From NCBI GenBank assembly GCA_963773065.1, contig CAVYZN010000011.1, positions 64,001-128,000 on the forward strand: a stretch of 64,000 bases of DNA, given 5' to 3'. How positions within the stretch are numbered: the first letter of the stretch is position 1; every line of letters begins with the position of its first letter. The stretch is from an uncultured Gammaproteobacteria bacterium. GTDB lineage: Bacteria > Pseudomonadota > Gammaproteobacteria > UBA9214. Under the pieces are notes generated by a model. The model saw nothing but the letters and a program-made list of their open reading frames with translations, ran no database searches and was not told where the DNA came from. Positions 32,596 through 42,362 of this stretch are shown here, in pieces. The translations under genes and the position numbers were made by a program.

Positions 32596-33476
32596 AGAAC
32601 GCACCGAAACTCGCCCGACACTCACCGAACCCAGGGAAGGTAGAAAGAGATTCCTGGTTCCCGCTCCGTTTCCGATTGAGCAAGGAAGCGAACGTGTCGC
32701 TGCTCACCTGTGTCATGTGCATGGCCACTGTGCTGGCCGCCGGCTGCAGCACCACACTCGACGGCGTGTTCCCCGATGGGCGGCGCCTCGCGGAGGCGCC
32801 AGTCGAGTGGGCCGGGGTGACCATCCAGCGGGGCGAAAAGCGAATCGCGTCGGAAAAATACCTGCCATTGGAGAAGGGCGACTTGATTCAGACCGACTCA
32901 CGCACCTACGCGCTGATCCGATTCGCTTCCGGCACGGAGGCTTATCTCGCACCGAATTCCCGTGCCCGCATCGGATCGCTGGACGAGTTCTTCGGAGAGG
33001 TGCTGGCCAAGGTGCGCGGTGCGTTCGAGGTCAAGACGCAGTACATCACGGCCGCGGCGAAGGGCACCGTCTTCCTGGTGCGCTCGACCGGCGAGGGTGT
33101 TGCCGAGGTGATCGCGCTGGAAGGGGTGATCAGTCTCTCGTCCACCGCGGGGCGATGGCCATCCATTGATCTGCGGGCGGGCGAAAAGGCCACCGTCGTC
33201 CGGGACCAGGCACCCACGCAGATCAGCGCCTCCAAAGCGGAACTCGAAGAAATCGAACATCGGTACGAGCCGATCGAGAAAGCGGCCCCGATTTCGAAAG
33301 GCACGGCTGTGGGTACCGGCATCGCAATCGGCGCCGTGGTGGGCACTGTCATTTATACTGTGACGAAGGACTCTCATCACGGAGGAAACGGAGGATCAGG
33401 CTCGGGACGGGGCACTGCTGTCCCGTTAAATTCCTCTCCCACTGGGACCACTGACGCTCCTATTGCGGTTCCATAG
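32592..33476 (+). CDS. FecR-domain lipoprotein
   Basis: Lipobox LAAGC; LEKGDLIQT, FEVKTQYITAAAKGTVFLV, ALEGVISL. Confidence 0.8.
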   Translation: MKNAPKLARHSPNPGKVERDSWFPLRFRLSKEANVSLLTCVMCMATVLAAGCSTTLDGVFPDGRRLAEAPVEWAGVTIQRGEKRIASEKYLPLEKGDLIQTDSRTYALIRFASGTEAYLAPNSRARIGSLDEFFGEVLAKVRGAFEVKTQYITAAAKGTVFLVRSTGEGVAEVIALEGVISLSSTAGRWPSIDLRAGEKATVVRDQAPTQISASKAELEEIEHRYEPIEKAAPISKGTAVGTGIAIGAVVGTVIYTVTKDSHHGGNGGSGSGRGTAVPLNSSPTGTTDAPIAVP

Positions 33477-33579
33477 CAGAAGCACCGTTAATTCCCTCAC
33501 CCACCGCCGGGACCTCGGTGCCCGGTATGGGTAGGGGGCTAGGAGTAGGGCTAGGAGAGGGGATTAAATCCTATTCATC

Positions 33580-35826
33580 GTGATGATTGAGACCCTGCAA
33601 CGCATTACGCAACAGATCAACGACGCGTCCGACCTGGACGAAGTCTTCGCCGTCGTCGTGCGTAGTGTCAAGGCATATCTCGGGTCGGATGCATGTTCCG
33701 TGTATCTCGTCGATGCATCGGGCGAGAACTGCATTCTCGCAGCCACCGACGGTTTGGACCCTCACGCTATCGGCTCCGTCCGCCATGTTCTCCGGGAAGG
33801 GCCGGTGGGATTGGTGGTTCGTCGTCAGCAGCCCGCGGGCTTGCCGGATACCCAACGGCAGCCTGCTTTCCGCCATTTCCCGGAATACGGTGAACAGGTC
33901 TATCAGGCATTTCTCGGCGTGCCCATTATTCACTATCGGAAGGTACTGGGCGTGCTGGCCGTGCAGCAAATAAACGAGCGCGCGTTCGCAGGCCAGGATG
34001 AGGCCTTTCTGATGGCCATCGCGGCGGAACTTGCAGGTTTGGTTCACGCCGCAGTAACTGGCGAGACCGACGTTTTTGCGCGCGGCGGACAGCAGACTCT
34101 AGGTCTCCTTAGAGGCGTCAAGGCAGCACCCGGCGTGGGGTTCGGTCGGGGTGTGCTGCCCTCGCCAGCGGCCGATATCGATTCCGTGTCCGACAGCATC
34201 GTCGAAGACGTCCAGGCTGAGGAAAATGCTTTCAGGCGAGCAGTGGATGCAGTTCGGGCGGAATTGCGCGCCAGCGGGGAACGCATGGCGGCCGAGATAC
34301 CGACCGAGGCGCACGCCATGTTTCGGGTCTATGCCGCGCTGTTGGACGATGACCAGTTGTTCTCGGATACGCTGGCGCGGATCCGCACCGGCATCTGCGC
34401 CCCCGCAGCGCTAGGGAAGAGCATCGCGCAACACGCGAGAACCTTCGAGGAAATGGAGGATCCCTACCTTCGGGCACGCGCGGAGGACATCCGCGGCCTG
34501 GGACGCCGCGTCTTGTTGCGTCTCCGGTCTGGTGAGGGGGAACGTACGCAATACCCGGAGCACTGCGTGCTGGTAGGCGAGGAAATCAGTGTCGCCCGTA
34601 TCGCGGATGTGCCGATCGGGCAACTTGCCGGGATCGTATGCACGCTTGGTTCGCCCTTTTCTCATGCGGCGATCCTGGCACGCACGCTACGCATACCCGC
34701 CGTGGTAGGCGTCGGCAACGTTCCGCTCGGACAGTTGGGAGGCCGCGAGCTCCTCGTGGACGGGCATCAAGGGCGCGTCTTTGTGGAGCCTTCGCCGGCC
34801 GTGCTCGAAGAATTCCAGCGGCTGATCAGACAGGAAGAGCAACGCGCCGCGGAACTGGAAGCACTGCGTGACTTGCCGGCCGAAACACAGGACGGCGTGC
34901 GCGTGGTGCTCCAAGCCAATGCGGGCCTGCTCTCCGATCTCGGCCCTGCCTTGAGCAGCGGCGCTGAGGGAATCGGTCTTTATCGCACCGAGTTCACGTT
35001 CATGGTGTGCGACTCGTTCCCCGGGGAAGACGACCAGTACGAGGTCTATCGCCAGGTGGTGGAATCGTTTGCGCCCAGGCCGGTCACCATACGCACTTTG
35101 GATGTGGGAGGCGACAAAGACCTCCCTTACTTCCCAATCCGCGAAGACAACCCGTTCCTCGGTTGGCGCGGAATCCGGCTGACGCTCGACAACCCGGGAG
35201 TCTTTTTGATCCAACTGCGGGCCATGTTGCGAGCCAACGCGGGTTACGGCAACCTGCGGATCCTTCTGCCCATGATCAGCTCAGCCGCTGAGGTGGATGA
35301 AGTCCACGCCTTGCTCGATCGCGCCGAACGCGAGTTGCAACACGAGGGGCTGGCGGCGGCCAGGCCGAGCGTGGGCGCGATGATCGAGGTGCCATCGAGT
35401 CTCTATCAAATGGACGCACTGGCACAGCGCGTGGACTCCTTCTCGATCGGGACCAACGATCTCACGCAGTACCTGCTCGCTGTCGACCGCAACAATGCCC
35501 GCGTCTCTGCCCATTACGACAGTCTGCATCCGGCCGTAATCCGGGCGCTTGAGCATGCTATTCGTCAAGCACACCATGCCGGCAAGCCGATTGGCGTCTG
35601 TGGCGACATGGCCGGCGATCCCGCCTCGGCGATTCTGCTATTGGGTCTGGGAGTCGATTCCCTGAGCATGGCGTCGCCCAGTATCCCGCGCGTCAAGCGG
35701 GCACTTCGCGGCTTCACCCGGCAACGGGCCCAGGAGTTGGTGACGAAGGCAATCGCGTTGGAAGACCCGCAACAAATCCATCTATTGCTCGATACCGCCA
35801 TCGAGGAGGCCGGTCTGGGGACTTAG
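33580..35826 (+). CDS. ptsP: GAF-containing PEP-protein phosphotransferase EI(Ntr)
   Basis: N-terminal GAF; SHAAILAR, GLYRTEF, NPFLGWRGIR, SIGTNDLTQY. Confidence 0.93.
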   Translation: MMIETLQRITQQINDASDLDEVFAVVVRSVKAYLGSDACSVYLVDASGENCILAATDGLDPHAIGSVRHVLREGPVGLVVRRQQPAGLPDTQRQPAFRHFPEYGEQVYQAFLGVPIIHYRKVLGVLAVQQINERAFAGQDEAFLMAIAAELAGLVHAAVTGETDVFARGGQQTLGLLRGVKAAPGVGFGRGVLPSPAADIDSVSDSIVEDVQAEENAFRRAVDAVRAELRASGERMAAEIPTEAHAMFRVYAALLDDDQLFSDTLARIRTGICAPAALGKSIAQHARTFEEMEDPYLRARAEDIRGLGRRVLLRLRSGEGERTQYPEHCVLVGEEISVARIADVPIGQLAGIVCTLGSPFSHAAILARTLRIPAVVGVGNVPLGQLGGRELLVDGHQGRVFVEPSPAVLEEFQRLIRQEEQRAAELEALRDLPAETQDGVRVVLQANAGLLSDLGPALSSGAEGIGLYRTEFTFMVCDSFPGEDDQYEVYRQVVESFAPRPVTIRTLDVGGDKDLPYFPIREDNPFLGWRGIRLTLDNPGVFLIQLRAMLRANAGYGNLRILLPMISSAAEVDEVHALLDRAERELQHEGLAAARPSVGAMIEVPSSLYQMDALAQRVDSFSIGTNDLTQYLLAVDRNNARVSAHYDSLHPAVIRALEHAIRQAHHAGKPIGVCGDMAGDPASAILLLGLGVDSLSMASPSIPRVKRALRGFTRQRAQELVTKAIALEDPQQIHLLLDTAIEEAGLGT

Positions 35827-35942
35827 TTCAAGATAGGGCCACCGGGAAAATAGCGTCACCGGAGCGTTGCGTTGGGCGCGAGCACGCCATGAAAGCGGAT
35901 CCGATGCAACCGCGGACGGGAGACGTTTGCTTAACGTGCTGA

Positions 35943-36095
35943 CTGCAGAACCTGGGCGAGGGCGCGTACCAGCTCAACTGGGCCACGAGGAAGGCCTTCG
36001 CCGGCACCTGCCGCCGGCTGCGGCTCGATCTGGGCGAGCAGTATCCGAACGGCACGCGCTTCTACCGCAGCGCCGATTTCCGCTTCACCAAATAG
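35943..36095 (+). pseudogene. Orphan C-terminal fragment of a PxKF-like domain surface protein
   Basis: LQNLGEGAYQLNWATRKAFAGTCRRLRLDLGE..ADFRFTK*; no start codon. Confidence 0.55.
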
Positions 36096-36145
36096 ACGGG
36101 CACCGCGCCCGCGCCGGGAATTGCGGGGCCAGTTTCGTAGCCCGC

Positions 36146-36305
36146 GTAGGGCGCAATAAGGTGCAGCCGCATTGCGCCGCATGTTGCGTGTTGCATCCGG
36201 TGCAATGCGCTTCGCTTATTGCACCCTAAGCGCTTTCATTAAGAGATGCGTTGTGTTGCTTCGCAACGCCTGGTGGGTTACGCAAAAAACGCTAACCCAC
36301 CCTAC
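36146..36305. repeat. GTAG-type REP/REPIN elements
   Basis: GTAGGGCGCAATAAG...CTTATTGCACCCTA and GGTGGGTTA..TAACCCACCCTAC. Confidence 0.75.
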
Positions 36306-36386
36306 ATTTCTATTTACGAATCACGATGCTGTGTAGCAACCTACGCGGCTGGCATTCCTGGCGGCGTTATGGGGGAGAAACCGGAG

Positions 36387-37187
36387 CTAACCGTAGCGTC
36401 CCTCGATGTAGTCGGCGGTCTCCCGGTTGCGGGGCGTGACGAACATGGTTTCGGTGGCGACGTGCTCCACGACCTTGCCCATCAGCATGAAAATGCATTC
36501 CTCGCTGGCGCGGCGGGCCTGGGCCATGTTATGGGTCACGATGAGGATGGTGTATGTACCGCGCAGGTCCCAGATCAGTTCCTCGACGGCCTCGGTGCCT
36601 TTGGGATCGAGCGCGGAACAGGGCTCGTCCATCAGCAGCACGCCGGGTTTGACCGGCAGCAGGCGCGCGATGCAGAGTTTCTGCTGCGCCTCGAGGGAGA
36701 GATCGGTGGCCTTGATGTGCAGCCGGTCCTTGACTTCGTCCCACAACAGCACCTGCCTGAGCGCATCCTCGACGATTCCATCCTGCTCCGTGCGCGAGGC
36801 GCGTTTGCCCTGCGCATGCAGCCGGTAGCCGAACAGGACGTTCTCGCGTATGGAGACCGGCAGGGGATTGGGCCGCTGGAAGACCATGCCCACCTGCTTG
36901 CGCACCTGCACGAGCTCCACGGCGGGGCCGTAAACATTGTGGTCATGAACCCTGATCGTGCCCTCGATGCGCACGTAACCGAGTCGCTCGTTGATGCGGT
37001 TGATGCTGCGCAGCAACGTGGATTTGCCGCAGCCCGAGGGGCCGATGAGGGAGGTGATGAGGCCATTGCGGATATTCAGGTCCACGTCGAACAGGGCCTG
37101 GAACGTGCCATACCAGAGATTCAGCTTCTCCGTTTGGATGGCGTAGCGCACGTATTTGTCGTAGGCCGCCTGGCGGGTTGAATTCAT
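36387..37187 (-). CDS. pstB: Phosphate ABC transporter ATPase
   Basis: GPSGCGKST, VFQRPNP, MDEPCSALDP, YIEGRYG. Confidence 0.95.
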   Translation of the reverse strand: MNSTRQAAYDKYVRYAIQTEKLNLWYGTFQALFDVDLNIRNGLITSLIGPSGCGKSTLLRSINRINERLGYVRIEGTIRVHDHNVYGPAVELVQVRKQVGMVFQRPNPLPVSIRENVLFGYRLHAQGKRASRTEQDGIVEDALRQVLLWDEVKDRLHIKATDLSLEAQQKLCIARLLPVKPGVLLMDEPCSALDPKGTEAVEELIWDLRGTYTILIVTHNMAQARRASEECIFMLMGKVVEHVATETMFVTPRNRETADYIEGRYG

Positions 37188-37233
37188 GACTATTGGTTTC
37201 CAATACGGTATCGGGAAGCGGTGCGCGCACCGC

Positions 37234-38043
37234 TCAGCCGAACCGCCCCTCGACGTAATCGCGGGTGCGGGGGTCCTTAACCTCTCCGGAGAACAGCGCC
37301 TCGGTCTCGCCGATCTCTACGCACGCGCCGTCGAGAAAGAACGCGGTACGCTGGGCGAGACGCCGCGCCTGCTGCACCAGGTTGGTGACCAGGATGATGG
37401 TCATCTCCCGCTTGAGTTCCTTGAGGACATCCTCGATGCGCATGGTGGTGACCGGGTCCACCGCGATGGAAAACTCATCGAGCATCAGGACCTCGGGATC
37501 CTGCGACAGGGCGCGGGCGATCGTCAGGCGCTGCTGCTGGCCGCCGGAAAGCAGGCTGCCCAGTGAGTTCAGGCGGTCCTTGACTTCATCCCAGAGCGCC
37601 GCGCGCGCCAGGCAGCGTTCGACGATGATGTCGAGATCGGTTCGGTTCCTGATGCCGGCCAGACGCGGTGCCAGCGCCACGTTGTCATACACCGTCATGG
37701 GCAAGCCGACCGGCAGAGGGAACACCACGCCGATGCGCGAGCGCAGCGCATAGACATTCTTGAGGCGGCGGATATCGCGGCCGTTGAACAGGATTTCACC
37801 GTCCACATGCATGCCCGGGGTGAACATGTCCATGCGGTTCAGCGCCTTCAGGAACGAGCTCTTGCCGGCATTGGCCGGTCCGATGATGCCGAAGATCTCA
37901 TGCTCGCGGATCTGCAGACTGACCTTGTCGAGGACGGTGGTATGGCCGTAACGGATGCCGAGGTTGCGCACCTCCAGTTTGACCGGGGGCTGCGCCGCGG
38001 CCGTGGCTCCCGCAGCCGTTGCGAACGGTTTCGCGGCTACCAT
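37234..38043 (-). CDS. pstB: Second phosphate ABC ATPase
   Basis: GPANAGKS, LSGGQQQRL, LDEFSIAVDP, YVEGRFG. Confidence 0.9.
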   Translation of the reverse strand: MVAAKPFATAAGATAAAQPPVKLEVRNLGIRYGHTTVLDKVSLQIREHEIFGIIGPANAGKSSFLKALNRMDMFTPGMHVDGEILFNGRDIRRLKNVYALRSRIGVVFPLPVGLPMTVYDNVALAPRLAGIRNRTDLDIIVERCLARAALWDEVKDRLNSLGSLLSGGQQQRLTIARALSQDPEVLMLDEFSIAVDPVTTMRIEDVLKELKREMTIILVTNLVQQARRLAQRTAFFLDGACVEIGETEALFSGEVKDPRTRDYVEGRFG

Positions 38044-38906
38044 CTCTTCTTCCCCCGCAGGTACACGCGGAAGGCGATGGAGAGACTGTTCATCAGCAGG
38101 ACCAGGGCGATCAGCACCAGCGCCACGCCGTAGGGGAGGTCCTCCGGAACGTCGGTCACCTGGGTCGAGACCACGAACAGGTGCAGGGACAGGGCCATGG
38201 TCTGGTCGAAGATCCCCTGGGGCAGAAACGGGGTGAAGAACACCGCGCCGGTAAACATGATGGGCGCGGTCTCGCCGGCGGTGCGCGAGACCTCGAGGAT
38301 GACGCCGGTGAGGATGCCGGACACCGCGTTGGGCAGGACCACCCGGCGGATGGTCTGCCAGCGCGTGGCGCCCATATTCCAGCACGCCTCGCGAAACGCC
38401 AGGGGAACAGCCTGCAGGGATTCGCGCGTCGCCACGATCACCACCGGCAGGGTCATGATGGCCAGCGTGAGGCTGGCGGCGAGAATGCTGGTGCCAAACC
38501 TGAAGAACAGCACGAAGGCGCCCACGCCGAACAGCGCGTGCACGATGGACGGTACGCCCGCCAGGTTGATGACGGCGAGGTTGATGACTCGGGTGAACCA
38601 GTTGTCGGCGGCGTACTCGCTGAGGTAGATGGCCGCCGCCACCCCCAGCGGGACCGAGATCAACAGCGCCACCGTCACCAGCCAGATGGTGCCGAGCAGG
38701 GCGGGGAAGATGCCGCCCGCGGTCATGCCGTGGGTCGGATTGGTGAACAGGAAATCGATGGAGATGACCGAACCGCCCTTGGCGATCAGCGTCGTCAGGA
38801 TCAGCAGCACCGGCGCAATCAGCAGGGCGGTCATCAGCAGAAACAGGATCCCGAACAGCCGCTGGATGCGCTGGTTGCGTCGATTGAGTTCGGTGGCCTC
38901 GAACAT
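38037..38906 (-). CDS. pstA: Phosphate ABC permease PstA
   Basis: LAGVPSIVHALFG, RTAGETAP. Confidence 0.95.
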   Translation of the reverse strand: MFEATELNRRNQRIQRLFGILFLLMTALLIAPVLLILTTLIAKGGSVISIDFLFTNPTHGMTAGGIFPALLGTIWLVTVALLISVPLGVAAAIYLSEYAADNWFTRVINLAVINLAGVPSIVHALFGVGAFVLFFRFGTSILAASLTLAIMTLPVVIVATRESLQAVPLAFREACWNMGATRWQTIRRVVLPNAVSGILTGVILEVSRTAGETAPIMFTGAVFFTPFLPQGIFDQTMALSLHLFVVSTQVTDVPEDLPYGVALVLIALVLLMNSLSIAFRVYLRGKKRW

Positions 38907-38911
38907 GGCGA

Positions 38912-39844
38912 TCAGCCCCTGCGTACTCCGCGCACGATCAGATCGGCGGTGAGATTGATGACGAAGGTGATCAGGAACAGGAAGATGCCGATGGTGAACA
39001 GGGCCTGGTAGTGATCGGAACCGACGGCGGCCTCGCCCAGTTCCGCCGCGATCGTCGCCGTCAGCGCGCGCACCGAGTCGAAGATGCTGTGCGGGATATT
39101 GATCGAGTGGCCGGTCGCCATCAGCACCGCCATGGTCTCCCCGAAGCCCCGGCCGACGCCGAGCAGCACCGCGCCGAGCAGGCCGTTCCTGGCCGCCGGC
39201 AGCACGGTCTTGTAGATGACCTGCCAGTGCGTGGCGCCCAGGGCCTCGGCCGCCTCCCGGTAGCGGTCGGGGACCGCCTTGAGCGCGTCCTCGGCGATAG
39301 AGGTCATGATGGGCGCGGCCATCAGCCCGAGGATGATGCCGGCGTTCAGGACATTCAGCCCTACCGGGACGTTGAACAACGCGATGATCAGCGGATTCAT
39401 GATGGTGAGTCCGATGAAACCCCAAACCACGGAAGGGATCGCGGCCAGCAGTTCCACCAGTACCTTGAGCGCCTCGCGCGTCTTGCCGCTGGCGAATTCC
39501 GCGATGAAAATCGCCGCCCCGAGTGAAAACGGAATGGCGACCAGCATGGCCAGGCCGGTCACGCTGGCCGTGCCGGCGATCAGCGCCAGGATGCCGTATT
39601 CCGGGTCATCCGCGTCGGCGGGATACCAGTAGGGCGAGGTGAAGAATTCCCTGAAATCGAACCGGCCGAGGATAAAGCCCAGCCCTTCCTTGGTGATGAA
39701 GACGAAAATGCCGATGATGAAAACGATGACCGAGATGCCGCCGATGAAGACCAGCACCTGGGCCAGCTTGTCGATGTACCAGTCGGCGTTGCGCCGGTCG
39801 AATTCCCCCGCGCGGCGAGTCCGTACCGGCTGGCGACCGGCCAT
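38912..39844 (-). CDS. pstC: Phosphate ABC permease PstC
   Basis: LLAAIPSVVWG, GRGFGETMAVLM. Confidence 0.95.
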   Translation of the reverse strand: MAGRQPVRTRRAGEFDRRNADWYIDKLAQVLVFIGGISVIVFIIGIFVFITKEGLGFILGRFDFREFFTSPYWYPADADDPEYGILALIAGTASVTGLAMLVAIPFSLGAAIFIAEFASGKTREALKVLVELLAAIPSVVWGFIGLTIMNPLIIALFNVPVGLNVLNAGIILGLMAAPIMTSIAEDALKAVPDRYREAAEALGATHWQVIYKTVLPAARNGLLGAVLLGVGRGFGETMAVLMATGHSINIPHSIFDSVRALTATIAAELGEAAVGSDHYQALFTIGIFLFLITFVINLTADLIVRGVRRG

Positions 39845-39845
39845 A

Positions 39846-40931
39846 TCAGGGCGCCCCCTCGCCGCGCAGGGTTTCCATCAGATCGCGAATCCGGGCCCCC
39901 AGATCACGATAGATGTCTTCCAGCCATTTCTCGATTTCGCCGGCCTCGCCGCTCTCGGGCAGCGGGGCGATATCCCACTCGAGCGGCGTGGTGTGGAAGG
40001 GGACCTGTACAAAATAGGATCTTACCGGCCCCTGCAGGCTGACGATGATGTGCTGGATGGTGAGTTCCAGCGGAGTCATGTCGATGGGCTGGGGTTTGCC
40101 GGCGTCGATGCTGATGCCGTGTTTGTCCAGAAAGGCCGTCATGACCGGGTTCAGGGCGCGGACGGGCCGGCGTCCCGCGCTCGTGTAGTTGCCGCTGCCG
40201 GGAAAATACTTGTGCGCCATGGCCTGCGCCATCTGGCTCTGGCAACTGTTGTCCTCATCCACGAACAGGATGTTGTAGATCTTGGGCGCCTTCATCTCGC
40301 CGGTGGCCGCGAACACGGTTTCCTCGCAGATGTTCTTGGCCTGGTCCGCGACCCGTTTCAACTGGCTGAAGATCGCGAATACCGCCAGGATGTTCTTCAC
40401 GGCCTCGCGCTCGTCTTTGGCCATCAGTTCGGCGTAGACGATATCCAGGTCATTCTCCATTTGTTCTTCCATGATCATGGTGCTTCTGGCCATTTCCGCG
40501 TTGAGTTCGTTGAAGGCCCTGATGGACTGATGCAGCATGAGCTGTGTCTCGCCGCCCACGCGCTCCAGTTCATGCGCCATCGAACCCTCGGGCGGATCCG
40601 GCAGTTGCAGGGCTTCACGGGCGATGGTGACGGCGTAATCGCCGATGCGCTCCAGTTCGATATTGGCCCGGATGACCGAGGAGAGCAGCCGCAGATGGCC
40701 GGCGCTAGGCAGATGCAAGGCGATGAAGCCATGACACAGCTTGTCGATCTCGCGCATGGTCCGGTTGATCTGGTGATCGGCGAGTACGGTCGCGGCCGCG
40801 AGCGTGTTATCGCCGGTTTGCAGGGCGCGCATGGCGTTTTTGACAGCCGTTTCCACATGACCGGCCATGTCCGCCACGTGCTTGCGGATCCGTGTCAGGT
40901 CTCTTTCCAGGCGTTCTTCATAGTGGCTCAT
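39846..40931 (-). CDS. phoU: PhoU fused to a C-terminal LMW-phosphatase/ArsC-like domain
   Basis: ELERIGDYA, LKRVADQAKNICE; then ILFVDEDNSCQSQMAQA..SAG..LNP. Confidence 0.9.
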   Translation of the reverse strand: MSHYEERLERDLTRIRKHVADMAGHVETAVKNAMRALQTGDNTLAAATVLADHQINRTMREIDKLCHGFIALHLPSAGHLRLLSSVIRANIELERIGDYAVTIAREALQLPDPPEGSMAHELERVGGETQLMLHQSIRAFNELNAEMARSTMIMEEQMENDLDIVYAELMAKDEREAVKNILAVFAIFSQLKRVADQAKNICEETVFAATGEMKAPKIYNILFVDEDNSCQSQMAQAMAHKYFPGSGNYTSAGRRPVRALNPVMTAFLDKHGISIDAGKPQPIDMTPLELTIQHIIVSLQGPVRSYFVQVPFHTTPLEWDIAPLPESGEAGEIEKWLEDIYRDLGARIRDLMETLRGEGAP

Positions 40932-41104
40932 GATCTGGCATCCCGCGGTTGCGTGCTGAATGGTGGATGTGGCTTGCGCCGCCCTGACGGAGCATTCCCG
41001 CTCTGCCGGGTCCCGGCACCGGCCGCGCTGTCGTTGCCAGCATGCACATGCTTTTCCAGCCGGAACGAATGTACCCTCTCGTTGCAATCATCCGGTGACG
41101 CTCC

Positions 41105-41180
41105 GTAGGTTGGCGCTGAGCGCAGCGAAGCCCAACGCACACCGGTCCGGTGTTGGGCTTCGTGCCTCAGCCCAACCTAC
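41105..41180. repeat. GTAG-type REPIN between pstS and phoU
   Basis: GTAGGTTGG.GCTGAG..GAAGCCCAAC ... GTTGGGCTTC..CTCAGCCCAACCTAC. Confidence 0.8.
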
Positions 41181-41199
41181 ATTGAGGCAATGATTGGTG

Positions 41200-42075
41200 T
41201 TATTCACACGTGACGTTGCGTACCGGGGCATAACCCTTCTTGAGCAGTATGCACTGGCCGGCATCGCTCAGGATCCAGTCGAGGTATTTCTTGATCTCGC
41301 CCCGTGGTTCGCCGTTGGTGTACATGAACAGCGGCCGGGCGATGGGGTAGCTGTGATCGAGGGCGGTGGGGACGCTGGGTACGACACAGGGACCGCCGGT
41401 CTGCGCGGCGATGCAGACCTTCTTGACGTGCTCCGTGGCATAGGCCAAACCGCTGTAGCCGATGGCGCAGGCGGTCTTCTCCACCAGGTCCACGACTTCC
41501 TTGGAGCCGTGCATGTCCAGGGTGCCGGTGCGGTACTTGCCCTTCTCGCCGAGCACGGTTTCCTTGAAGTAGGCATAGGTGCCGGAGTTGTTCTGGCGGC
41601 TGGCCACGACGATCTTATCGCTGTCGCAGCCGGGCACCTTCACGCCCAGGTCAGACCACTTGGTGTACTTGGGATCGCGGCCGTAGATATTGCGCAACTG
41701 TTCGATGGACAGAGAGCTGATTGGGTTGCTGTTGCTGAGGAACACGGCCAGCGCATCGAAGCCGACCAGATGCTCGACCGGGTGCTGTCCGTTGGCCTCG
41801 GCTTCCTTGATTTCCTTGTCCTCCATCCGGCGGCTGGCGTTGGCGATATCCACCGTGCCGTTGATCATGGCCGCGATGCCGGTGCCGGAACCGCCGCCGG
41901 AGACGGCGACGGCCACCTCGGGGTTGACCTCGGGATAGGCCTCCGCCCAGGCCTGGGCGACGTTCACCAGGGTGTCGGAGCCCTTGTTCTGGATCAGGGT
42001 GCGCGCCTGGACGGTCAGGGCGGCAGTCAGGCCGGCCGCCAGTAACGATGTTGCAATAATCAAGTTCGCTTTCAT
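41200..42075 (-). CDS. pstS: Phosphate-binding periplasmic protein
   Basis: KGSDT, GGGSGTG, SRQNNSGTY, YPIARPLF. Confidence 0.93.
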   Translation of the reverse strand: MKANLIIATSLLAAGLTAALTVQARTLIQNKGSDTLVNVAQAWAEAYPEVNPEVAVAVSGGGSGTGIAAMINGTVDIANASRRMEDKEIKEAEANGQHPVEHLVGFDALAVFLSNSNPISSLSIEQLRNIYGRDPKYTKWSDLGVKVPGCDSDKIVVASRQNNSGTYAYFKETVLGEKGKYRTGTLDMHGSKEVVDLVEKTACAIGYSGLAYATEHVKKVCIAAQTGGPCVVPSVPTALDHSYPIARPLFMYTNGEPRGEIKKYLDWILSDAGQCILLKKGYAPVRNVTCE

Positions 42076-42362
42076 TGCGTTATTACCCCTCGCTCGATTG
42101 AGACTGAAAAACAGCTTGCGTGTGGCAAGCCGTGCATGGTTGTGGGTCCATTCTTCCGGTTGAACGCCGTCCGGTGGGTCCTGCGCGTCGCGTCGGAGCA
42201 TGGCTGAAGGCTGGCGGAGGATGGCATGGAAGGAGGAAACCGCAAAGGAAGGTTCTGAATTTTTGGGCGTATTATACCCATATTGAAGCGCCGCGACGCC
42301 AGCTACGTCGGGTTTGGTCAAATCGGGACGGGTTTCCGGCGCGCCGTGCGGCCTTGCGGGTG

